Below, piece after piece: positions 1 through 11,444 of a stretch of DNA of 64,000 nt. Source of the stretch: Octopus sinensis (Eukaryota). Both the position numbers and the translations under genes were made by a program. How positions within the stretch are numbered: position 1 is the stretch's first letter; every line of letters starts with the position of its first letter. The notes below the pieces were generated by a model. The model was not told where the DNA came from. It searched no databases and worked only from the letters and a program-made list of their open reading frames with translations. The stretch is taken from NCBI RefSeq assembly GCF_006345805.1, contig NC_043014.1, positions 26,412,001 through 26,476,000 of the forward strand. Direction: 5' to 3'.

Positions 1-51
1 TTAAAGACACAGGGGCACACACACGCACACTCACATACAAACACACAAACA

Positions 52-106
<55 letters not shown>

Positions 107-894
107 ACATATATGCATAGGCACTTGTAAAATTCATTCTTCCGCCGAGGCAGCAAAAACTGTTCTATACAAACGAACAAATAAGAAATTGGTAACAGAG
201 GATACCAACATCTGACAGTGAATCATCAAATGAATTTCGTTGATCCTATGACAAGTCCTCATTTATACATCCGAAAATCTGTGGATGAGAGCAAAGCGGA
301 GGAACAAGAAGGAATGTGGAACTTTATGTTCACTCAATGGCAGTTATTTGGTCGCGTTTATGTGGAGACAAAAATATGCTAATGGTAATATTTTCAACAA
401 TATAATTAGTCAAATTCGTGAAGTTTAACCTGTTTTAATGCTTAACTCCTATTAACCAACTGCTCCCGCTTGAGGACAGTTCAAATACATTTTTTCATCT
501 ATTGTTTGTTACATATTCAATTGTATATGTTTTAGCTGAAATACATTTATTTACTGCAATAAATGGATTCTTGTTAAATGGATTCTTCAGTAAGTTTTTT
601 TTTATCCCTATTTATATAACTATCTTCAGAATTTCGACAGAAATCGCAACAGCATCCGAAGCTTTTAAAAAAATAATTATCGATTCAAGAAATGGGAGGG
701 GAGAGGGAATTGAAGACTGTTTGGCTACCAGCGTTTCAAAAATAAAAATTTATCGAAAATGTTTAAATTGGCACAATAATGTACTATTCCAAGCTAAATT
801 TATGGAATTCTTTCACTTTTTCCAGAAAAATAAAATTCGATAGACACACACCTACACACACACGCACGCACGCGCACACGCACGCGCACACACA

Positions 895-1495
895 CGCGCG
901 ACCGCGGCAAAGGCTTCTCTCGTGGATTTTAAGTGCATAGGGCCAAAATCATTAGGCAATATCGGCCAGGATGATGGGGCAGAGGTAAAAAAAAAATCAT
1001 GAATTTTCAAAAATTCACCATCACCACCACCACCACCACCACCAACACATCATCTCCGAGGCCTGAGTCAATAAATATAATTCGGAAAATCCCTGTCAAA
1101 CAGAGAAAATTAGACTTATATGGGAACCCTGACCCTAAATTCCATCTCAATAATTTCTTCTCCTTAACTACATGATGCGTAAATGTATGGATTTTGATAT
1201 TTTACCTACAAATTCAGATATAGAAAGTATATAGAGCAACAATAATGCAGAAAGAAAAGAGTTAAAATATTTAGTTTTAAGAATTATTTCTCGTTGTCAG
1301 GCCATTTGTTGAAGGAAAGAAGTATTAGGAGATAATGTTCCTAATTTTGTTTTTTTATCTCCTATATAGAAATGATACTATAAGGTTGTAAGGGTGATTA
1401 ATACTATTTTTCTGGCTTAAAGTTATATCAACCATTGCAGGTGGGCCCAATTAGTCTCTTGGCAACCCATATTTTTAGACACAGTCAGCCACTGT
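895..1495 (-). repeat. Dispersed repeat, paralogous to 34215-34805; CAGTGGC terminus suggests a DNA-transposon end
   Basis: Long near-identical match to 34215-34805. Confidence 0.65.
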
Positions 1496-1507
1496 GTGTG
1501 TGTGGGA

Positions 1508-1591
<84 letters not shown>

Positions 1592-1593
<2 letters not shown>

Positions 1594-2649
1594 GAAAACT
1601 ACAAACTGGGACAAGAACGTAAAACATTTAGAAGACGATACAAAAAACACGGACGGGACATTCGAAGCCTTCGATCTTCAGTCAAGAACCGGATCATCCT
1701 CGCAATTTCGGCTGATTAATCTTGAGATCGCTCCGATCCGGCCAGCCCCAAGGAAAAACTAAGCTACGAGCATTAGATTTCTTGGAAAAAGGATCGAATG
1801 TATACGAAACAAGGACAGAAAAACGGACGATGCCATACGAATATAAATACAATAAAAACAATAATAGTAATAACAGGACAAAAACAGCGGGTGTCTTACG
1901 ACTAAAGACAGCACAACTTAGTTTAGCTGGCGTATTTGGAAAAAAATGCCTTTTTCGGCAGACGAAGACAACGATGTTCTCGTGGTGCTGGTTAGAAGCC
2001 GAAATGCTGATTGACCAGCGGTCACGTGAGAGGAGAAGAGAGAGAAAAAAGGGGGCAAAGGAATCAAAGAGAGAGAGAAAAAGAGGGACGAAGGCACCAA
2101 AGGGGAGAGAAGAGAGAGAAAGAAGGAATTAAAGAGGAGAGAAGAAAGAGAGCGTGCCAAGGATTGGCTTGGCGACAGAATCAGTGAGGTGCAAAGTGAG
2201 AAAGACAGAGAAATGTGAGAGAGTGGGGGAAGAGGAGACCAAAGAATCAGAGGCAAGGAAAGAGAAAAGGAGGAGGAGAAGTAGAGAGAGAGAGGGAGAG
2301 AGAGAGAAAGAGAAAGAAACAGATCAAAGTAGAGTGCAAAGTGTGAAAGGCAGAGAAATGTAGGAGAGAGAGACAGTGTGATAGAGTCGTACCAAATTTA
2401 AAGGAATATGTACTTACATACAAGGCCAATATATATTATATTTAGAAAAATACAAACTGGACAAGAACGTAAAACATTTAGAAGACGATACAAAAAACAC
2501 GGACGGGACATTCGAAGCCTTCAATCTTCAGTCAAGAACCGGATCATCCTCGTAATTTCGGCTGATTAATCTTGAGATCCATCCGATCCGGCCAGCCCCA
2601 AGGAAAAACTAAGCTACGAGCATTGGATTTCTTGGGAAAATGATCGAAT
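1592..2649 (-). mobile_element. Non-coding element with 208/207-bp direct terminal repeats (pseudo-LTR-like) around a purine-rich core
   Basis: 1592-1799 and 2443-2649 are near-identical direct repeats, each with CTGAAGA...GAA on the minus strand. There is a GA-rich tract at about 2020-2380, and the element sits in a (TA)n tract. Confidence 0.6.
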
Positions 2650-2938
2650 TATATATATATATATATATAATTTCAACAATTGAGGGTAAAATTAATTAAT
2701 TAATTAATCAATTTCACCAAGTATTCAGTATGCAAAGGGACCATTTAAGGCAAATTCAAATTATTACATTATATAAAAGGGCTTAGTAAAATAAATTACT
2801 TTGCCGCATACTGAACTCGTTAGAAATAGCAGCTAAAAAAACTATTTCTAACACTTAAAGAAAACCTCTCTCATATAGTGTTTGCTCAATTCAACTCAAG
2901 AAAGTATGAGGGTAGAGACATTAAAAAATCAAATGCAA

Positions 2939-3009
2939 AGGTTATTTGAGTACGTACGTTTCAAGATTAGCCAAAATCGACCCTTCTCTCATCAGCTCAG
3001 AATGCCCTT
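2939..3009 (-). ncRNA. Type I hammerhead ribozyme, inverted copy of 3432-3501
   Basis: Reverse complement of the 3432-3501 motif, inside the inverted duplication. Confidence 0.8.
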
Positions 3010-3431
3010 GTTTGAATTTGAAAACACTGAAAATGGGAGCATACCCTTTCGGCTTGTTATCGCTTCTGAAGATCTGTTCCAGACTAACAGTGCCAACAAA
3101 CTCAAATATGCAAGAGAAAAATTTCTGCTCTCCCCTTTCCACCAGCGTGGGTTAAAATCAGCAAACACTATGCTTTTTTCGGTAAAATCCGAGACAATTA
3201 AGTAGAGAGAGATGAATTATAATTTCAACAATTGAGGGTAAAATTAATTAATTAATTAATCAATTTCACCAAGTATTCAGTATGCAAAGGGACCATTTAA
3301 GGCAAATTCAAAGAGAAATTTTTCTCTTGCATATTTGAGTTTGTTGGCACTGTTAGTCTGGAACAGATCTTCAGAAGCGATAACAAGCCGAAAGGGTATG
3401 CTCCCATTTTCAGTGTTTTCAAATTCAAACA

Positions 3432-3501
3432 AGGGCATTCTGAGCTGATGAGAGAAGGGTCGATTTTGGCTAATCTTGAAACGTACGTACTCAAATAACC
3501 T
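3432..3501 (+). ncRNA. Type I hammerhead ribozyme (canonical core, palindromic stem III)
   Basis: TGAG-CTGATGA-GAGA...TCTT-GAAAC-GTAC-GTA/CTCA. Stem I is TGAG:CTCA, stem II is GAGA:TCTT, stem III is the ACGTACGT palindrome, and the GUA site cleaves after 3489. Confidence 0.8.
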
Positions 3502-3664
3502 TTGCATTTGATTTTTTAATGTCTCTACCCTCATACTTTCTTGAGTTGAATTGAGCAAACACTATATGAGAGAGGTTTTCTTTAAGTGTTAGAAATAGTT
3601 TTTTTAGCTGCTATTTCTAACGAGTTCAGTATGCGGCAAAGTAATTTATTTTACTAAGCCCTTT

Positions 3665-3694
<30 letters not shown>

Positions 3695-3695
<1 letters not shown>

Positions 3696-4272
3696 AAGTG
3701 ACTGAGGATATTATTCGGCACCAGTATTTCTAGAAATAAGACTCAAAACAGTTCAAAGCAGAAACAACGCACCGTATTTGTTACTGACAAGGAAAGCAAA
3801 TTCCCAAAGGACCGGGCATAGCCAGATCACCAGTGATTTCATGTTTACATTAACGCTCCTCAGTAGCTCACACCAGCACCTTGGATTACACTCAACTACT
3901 ATTGTCAATAATAAGTCACACTTATTAATAATAATAATTATTATAATTATTAATTAATAATTAGTCATCTATATTATTTATAATTTATACATTTACCATT
4001 TATGAAATTAGCGAATGATTTCTTCGGCGATCTTATAAGCTGACAAGGGCATTTGAGTTTAAACCAAGGCGCTGGTGAGAGCCACTGAGGAGCGTGAATG
4101 TAAACGCAAAATCACCGGTGATCTGGCTATTCCGGTGCTTATTGTGATTATGGGTTGTTTTGACTCTTATTTCTAGAAATACTGGTGCTGAATAGTGCCC
4201 TCAGTTGCTTTAGTGACGTATATATATTTTTTGCCTTTCGGTTGAAAAATTGCTAAAAAGTCACCCTTATGA
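3695..4272. mobile_element. MITE-like element with long imperfect inverted arms
   Basis: About 3697-3900 is homologous to the reverse complement of about 4040-4215; AT-rich spacer; second copy at 34846-35430. Confidence 0.6.
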
Positions 4273-4384
4273 TATACGTAAATATATATGTATGTATGTA
4301 TATGTGTGTGCGTGTGTGTGTATGTATATATGTATGTATATACTCGTAAATGTATGAAATGAGTGCTCAACAACGCACTCTTTA

Positions 4385-4705
4385 TTTGTGAATTAAGACT
4401 ACCAATGGTTTCATGTTAGGAAGAGTAGAAAAATATCCTAGCATCTTAATAATTTTTCGACCCGATCATATGGAGAAAGGCGTCCACCTACATTTTGGTA
4501 AAACAGTTTCGTTCCGTTCACGGGCTTCTCGGAAATTCCCCATAAAGAAAAACAGTTAATTCCACTAAGTAAACACTTAGAAACTTGTGGAGAAGGAAGA
4601 TTCAAGATCATTCCCTTCTATAAATGCCCAAGGAATGACACCTTCTTCAGAAAAATATGGAACAACACTTCATAGCAAAATTCTCTCCCAAACTGAATGG
4701 CTGAA
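4385..4705 (+). mobile_element. Penelope-like element fragment (GIY-YIG C-terminus)
   Basis: Frameshifted translation ...PLSKHLETCGEGRFKIIPFYKCPRNDTFFRK/MEQHFIAKFSPKLNG*; 4385-4545 is shared with 7725-7885 and rc(8895-9065). Confidence 0.55.
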
Positions 4706-5431
4706 AATATGAAAATTACATCAACTCCCTTATAAACCCATCTGGAACCCTAAGATATGTGTGTGCATGTATATACATAAATAAAGACATTCTTGCATCC
4801 AGATTTTCCAACCCACACCGGCATGGGAATCAAGCACTGGACAATGATGATGATAATGATAATCAGTCCAGACAATTTTTTGAAAAATAACTTTCATTAT
4901 TCCTCATCAAAACAGACCCCACGCTTAGAGTAACCACCCGGTCTTGCCATTTTCACAGACCAAGAATCAACTTATCTTTTATTAAAAGAACTGACCAACT
5001 GTACGGATATAAACACATTTTTTCTTCTTGCTTTCTTCCTTCCTTACTTTCCTTCTCTTTTACATTGACATTAAGAAAAAAACACATTTTTTCACTTTGA
5101 AACTATTTTTCTTTTAGACCCCCTGGTGAGCTGGCTGAACCAAAGTGAGCATCTGTTCAAGCCACCTACTTAAAAATATATATTCTTTTTCTTTGTCTCT
5201 TGTTCAAAACATTTCCTTTCAGATACAAAGGCACACACACACACGCACGCATACACACACACTACATACAAACACACACACACACTCTCTCACTTTCTCC
5301 CTCAACTATCTCCCCATTCCTCTCCCACTTGTCCTACCCTATACACTCCACATTACTCTTCCTTTCCTCCTCTCTCCCTCCACCCTAAACCATTCACTAA
5401 TACTATGAAAAGAGACAATCCCTTAGTACAA

Positions 5432-5480
5432 TTTAAATCTGAAGAATCTATTAGAGTAGATGAAAGCGCTTATATGTGAT
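5432..5480 (+). ncRNA. Hammerhead-like motif
   Basis: CTGAAGA-ATCTA(TTAGAG)TAGAT-GAA-AGCGCT-T: perfect 5-bp stem II and palindromic stem III, but weak stem I. Confidence 0.45.
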
Positions 5481-5800
5481 TTGTAAAATCATATGACATG
5501 TTAATAAATACTTGCATATGTACAATCATCCAGATCTCTGAATAACTTATTTTTTCTAATATATAACATCTGTACATCGCCACCAAACATCTATAAACTA
5601 TAGATGTTTCCTTTGACAATATTTATTCATAATTTTCATTGATAAAATATATTCGTAGTTTTTCATTGTTAAAAGAATTCTTCATCTATTTATTCTATTT
5701 CTGTTAATAACATAATTCCTCCACAAGTATTCTTATAAACGCTTAAAAGACGTTTTCCGTTTTAAAATTTTAGTTTATGACAGGGCCTTGGAAAGCTAAG
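5480..5800 (-). mobile_element. Possible PLE reverse-transcriptase fragment
   Basis: Minus-strand FGGDVQMLYIRKNKLFRDLDDC resembles the PLE RY(L/V)DD motif; heavily decayed. Confidence 0.35.
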
Positions 5801-6689
5801 TAATCTATTTTTATTCAAATTTTCAAATATTTTAATTAGTCTTATTGTATTATTTTGTATACTATATAAATACTGATTGTTATTTAATGATTTAGTTGTT
5901 GAAGATATGTATATGATTATTAGATTATAACTATACGTTATTTGTAAGATATTACTTAGCCAAAGAGATATATAAATCGTTAGTAGTTATACGGTTTTTT
6001 TAAAGTGAGGTTACTGGTTTATAATTTGATTTTTAATCTTTAATTTTTTTTATGTATCTCATAATCATATTATATTAATATTTAATATTATGTAAGTAGT
6101 ATTGGATTAATTAATTAATTTATTTTTCTTTATATGTCTATACATTTATTGATAGCGTAAATTTTAGATTTTAATTACTATATTTGTTGATAATAATTTA
6201 GTTATTATTTTTTTAATATTTTATAATTATTAGATGTGTACTTAAATCTAAAATATGAATAATGATTTTTTAGTTAAATAACTTGGTAATTAAATTTTGG
6301 ACTATAATTGAGTTACGGATGTTCGTGAGCTTATTATGTTTTTTAAGCCATATTATATATTCATAGATATCTCTAATAGTGACTTTGTTCTATTATAGCG
6401 GGTTCCGTTCTCATAATTGTTTCGCTAATCCAATAGCAACAATACAAAGTATGTAGCCCTTATAACAGTCTTTGTGCATTTACAGAGGGTACGAACTGTC
6501 TTACACACAATCTTGTTTTTAGGAATTCCTAATAAGTTATGAATACCCAAATTGTGAAGTCAGTTATGTGATAACATGAAATTAATTACCCGATAGTCAG
6601 AATTCAAATAAGCCCCCGAAAAGGGCTTTTAATGTGTTCCCAGAATATATAGAATAATTTAGGAAAATGGGCTATTTCTCTTGGATTTT

Positions 6690-6699
6690 AAAATAACAT

Positions 6700-6753
<54 letters not shown>

Positions 6754-6793
6754 ATATATATATATATATATACATATATATATACATACATAC

Positions 6794-6856
<63 letters not shown>

Positions 6857-7145
6857 TGTGTGCGCGCGCGTAATGGAAGTTCATTTCGGTCGCTTAGTAT
6901 TTGGGTTCATTATTCACGTGTCAAGTGTCATCGAAATCGATAAAATTGATAAAACGATACATATATATATATATCACGTTATGTTGACGATGGGGAGGAT
7001 GGCTTCCCTTTGCAAATACTGATAGGGCACAGAAAGTGTGTCAATAGCCAACTGGAGAATATGTTCTCCTGGGACTACAAGCTACAGTAGCATCCACTCT
7101 TAGTGGTCAGCTACATTTAAGTGACTAATATACTTCACACACATG

Positions 7146-7228
<83 letters not shown>

Positions 7229-7255
7229 TATATATACATATATATACATACATAC

Positions 7256-7317
<62 letters not shown>

Positions 7318-7606
7318 TGTGTGCGCGCGCGTAATGGAAGTTCATTTCGGTCGCTTAGTATTTGGGTTCATTATTCACGTGTCAAGTGTCATCGAAATCG
7401 ATAAAATTGATAAAACGATACATATATATATATATCACGTTATGTTGACGATGGGGAGGATGGCTTCCCTTTGCAAATACTGATAGGGCACAGAAAGTGT
7501 GTCAATAGCCAACTGGAGAATATGTTCTCCTGGGACTACAAGCTACAGTAGCATCCACTCTTAGTGGTCAGCTACATTTAAGTGACTAATATACTTCACA
7601 CACATG

Positions 7607-7660
<54 letters not shown>
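6690..7660 (+). repeat. Tandem duplication, about 460-bp period
   Basis: 6871-7145 and 7332-7606 are essentially identical, bounded by CA/TA microsatellites. Confidence 0.8.
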
Positions 7661-7661
<1 letters not shown>

Positions 7662-7724
7662 ATATATTTAATATAAAGGATAAAATCGCATTGGTGGATA
7701 CATAATTTCTTTTTTATGAATTCA

Positions 7725-9065
7725 GGCTACCATTGGTTTGATGTTAGGAAGAGTAGAAAATATCCTATTATCGTAATAATTTTTTAAGCCTGTGACACGG
7801 AGAAAGGTGTTCGCTTCCATTTTCGAAGACAGTCTCGTTTCTTTCATAGAATTTCTCGTAAATTCGCGTAAATGAAATAATGAATCAAGGTATGCTATTC
7901 TAGAAGGCGTTTTTGAGTTTGTCTCCTTTGGATATGTCTTTTCGCTAAATTTCGTAATTTATTTTGCATTAATGTGTTTACTTTTGTTCTGGTCAAGTTG
8001 TTTTTTGTAATTGCATGTTGAGGTGGTATGTCATTGGAACTTATTCTTTTTTTGTATTGAGTTTGGGATTTATTTCTTTGCTGTGTGAAGTTTGTGTGTT
8101 CACGTCTATGAAGGCTTCTGTCATGGTAGTGTGGCTCTCGTTTATAACTATCCTTGTTTTAGAGGTTCTTCTTAAAAGTATTTGAGCGTAAAATATTGCC
8201 TATGTGTGCAGGGAGAGAAGGTTGATTGTATAATATTTATTTTTTCAGTAATTCAGAGTTCACATTTGACACCCTGTCAACTGTATTTTTTGGCTTTAGC
8301 AACACTATTCCATTCTATCTGGGGATTGCTGATTTCACCTTGTTTCAATGTCTATATTTATATTTAATGCTTTTTGTTTTTGTCTCTGAATGATACAAGG
8401 TGTTGCGTATACCTTTCTTTGAACGAGTTTCCTGTCATTCTGATATACGTCTTTGGTATACAAATCCACGATCTTGGATTTGTATCCGAGTTCTTTCTCG
8501 AGACAGCTGTTGCTTAGAGGGAAACAGTTTGAGGATTTGAAATTGCACTGCCTTTTTGGGAAGCGACGATAGCTAATTTAACAGTGTCTCTGTTGAAGTT
8601 TTTATGGTATTTGTGTGAATATGGGAAGTGGTTGTCTATCAGTTTTAAGAAATTCGAGGCTATGTCACTAGCTACAAATATCACACAAGCTTCATAGAAA
8701 AAGGAAGAAATAAGTAGCAAACTCTACACAAAGAAGAAATAAGTTCCAGTGATGTACAACCTCAACATACAAGTACAAAAACACTATGTCCAGAACAAAA
8801 GTAAACAAATATTGCAAGACATTTTTTAAATTATCGTAAAGACAAACTCCCCAAAAATTCCTTTTAGAGTAACATCTCTTCATACATTGCTTCATTGTTT
8901 CATTTGCGCGAATTTACGAGAAATCCCGTGAACTAAACGAAACTGTTTTCCAAAATGGAGGCGAACGCATTTCTCCATATGATCGGCTTGGACAATTGTT
9001 TAGATACTAGGATATTTTCCTATTCTTCTTAACATGAAACCAATGGTAGCTTTGATTCACAAATA
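7725..9065. repeat. Diverged inverted arms (about 7725-8150 and about 8660-9065) flanking the PLE fragment
   Basis: Reverse-complement similarity over about 400 bp. Confidence 0.6.
8150..8660 (-). mobile_element. Penelope-like element thumb/GIY-YIG fragment
   Basis: FLKLIDNHFPYSHKYHKNFNRDTVKL, then KTYIRMTGNSFKERYTQHLVSFRDKNK: motifs typical of PLE ORFs. Confidence 0.75.
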
Positions 9066-9091
9066 AAAGAAATTATATGTATTTATAACAT

Positions 9092-9151
<60 letters not shown>

Positions 9152-9179
9152 GCACCTACCGTTGATGTTGCCAGATCTT

Positions 9180-10370
9180 CTAGGTCCTCCTCAGAAAAAA
9201 TCTAACTTCTCAGTTCTTTAGTTTGCACATCTCTTCATGAGCTTACTCTTATTCAGAACTGACTCCTGATTCTATAGTCATAACAACAAAGTTAGTTGCT
9301 AAGTTATCTCTGAGACGGATTAATCTAAACAGCTGGTCCTGACAATATTCCCGTGGTTGTCTTAAAACAGTGTGCTCCTGAGATGTCTTCCTTTCTCTCA
9401 AAGGTATTTAATTTTTGTCTTACTAAGTCTTGCTTTTCATTTTGCTGGTATGTATCTAATATCTCAATTTTGAAGAACGACGGTGATCTAAAATATCATC
9501 CAGTTCATCTCCTCTCTGTTGCTAGCAAGTTGTTTGAACGGTTCATTGGCATGTTGGTTGAGCTTCTTGGAAATGTGGAGCTTCTTGGAGTAAAGTATTC
9601 TTTCGTAGCTCTCGTTCTACTATTGATCTTCTGACTCTTATAACAACACGCATCTTCCGATTTATGTATAAATCAGTAGAGAGTCGTGCTATAGCTCTTG
9701 ACATAACCGAAGCATTTAGGGAGGTTTTGCATACTGGTTTGCTCCATAGACTCTCAAGTCTTGGTGAGTGTGGAAAGGTCTTTGTCGTCTTCAGGTTATT
9801 TATTCCTTTCTAGTCACTGTGTGCATGTAACTAATCAATGCTAGTGTTCCTCAAATTCTATTCTATAACTGTTTCTCGTCTTCATCAACGACTTTCCTAC
9901 TAAAGTATTTCAATTCATCACTGTTTGTGCTGATAATACCACTCTTTATTCTGTTTTTTGCTGGCATTCTTTCATCCTTGAAACGGTTAGAATTTGGTGC
10001 TAAACTTGCGGTGGATCTGCAGGCTGTTTAGAAATGGGGAAAGAAGTAGCTAGTGACTTCTCAAAGCACTAAAGAAAGGGTCTTCTCTGAAATTGCTTTC
10101 TCACTCGATCTTTCTTGGAGTTCCTATATACAGTCAGTTGGTAGGTCTGCTTCCCGTAATGTGGGGGTCATTGTATAGGTCATAAGACTACTCCATATGC
10201 GAGGCACGTCTGTATCTTTACAAGCCCTTGTATGGAAAACTGTTGTCATACTTGGGCAAGTGTACCATCTTGTGACTTAGATTTCTTCAATCGGGTTCAG
10301 AAATCAGTGTATTGAAATCTCCATAGATTTCGATATGGGACGAAGCGTCTGTCATACTCCAGCTATTAAA
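9180..10370 (+). mobile_element. Decayed LINE reverse transcriptase (L2/Crack/CR1-like)
   Basis: VVLKQCAPEMSSFLSKVFNFCLTKSCFSFCW...HPVHLLSVASKLFE matches the non-LTR RT N-terminal motifs; many stops downstream. Confidence 0.75.
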
Positions 10371-11444
10371 CCATTTTATTGTATACTAGAAACAACCAGA
10401 ATAGTAGTTGTATACGAATGCACGCACAAACACACATACGTATCTATAATTTCAAATCCAACTGCATATATATTGAAAGTACGACATGCCTGGATTTAAA
10501 TAGAATATTTATTGGATAATAAAATAATTATTCGGTTATTTCCGGTTAATCTCGCTTTTAAACACTGTTTTTCAAAAGCTTGTTTGAGTGTGTGTGTATG
10601 TGTGTGTGTGTTTGTGTATATGTGTGTGTGCTGTGTGCGCACGTGTGTGAGTGTATGTGAAAGAGAAAGGAGAATGCATTCACATGTATATATACATATA
10701 TATACACGTGTATATATAAATATATTATATATACACACACACGTATATATATGCAAACATACATAAATGCATAATAGATATACATATATAAAACAAACAC
10801 ACACACACACACACAGACACACACACTCATATATATATACACATATAAGTTTCACACGCGCGATTCTTTCATGCCTTCGGAGTCACGGTCAAACGGCTGG
10901 GTGGAATTGCGCGAAAAATTACATAGATGTGTAGAATGATCTAATGGTGATGCTGTGCTTTGTATTCTATTCATAACGCTCATGGTTACCGAGATAATCC
11001 ACTTTAATAATACTCTTGTGTTTATGAATGAGGAAGGAAGGGGTGATGTCATACTTGGTAGTGGGATGATGAACATTTTACGCTGAAAAAAATTAATCAA
11101 ACGTGTGAGTATGTGTGTGTATGTAAAAGTGGGCATGTGAATGTGTGTGTGTGTGCATGTGTATGTGTGTGTGTTTGTTAGCGTGTGTGCGCATAATGGA
11201 AGTTCATTTCGGTCGCTTAGTATTTGGGTTCATTTTTTTATTTGGTTGAATCTTGTTTTTTTTTATTGTCAGTTATTTTTAGCGTTTTGAAAGAAAAAAT
11301 GTCTTTCTTTCAAAATTGTTTTTTAACGTAAGTGTCCCACAAGAAGTCGAATGCTTACACAGAGGAGGTTTTACAGCCACATCATCCAAACTGACCGGGT
11401 GAAACCGGGCTTAGCTGCTAGTATGTATGTATATATATATATAT

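Larger units (their letters stand above)
2668..3672. mobile_element. Hammerhead-bearing repeat, partially duplicated and inverted (A-B-C-A-rcB)
   Basis: 2668-2760 is repeated directly at 3219-3311; 3312-3672 is the reverse complement of about 2768-3128. Confidence 0.8.

Noticed and set aside
2882-3558. Mirror-image ORFs (MLNSTQESMRVE...)
   Set aside because: They arise from the inverted duplication of a non-coding repeat.
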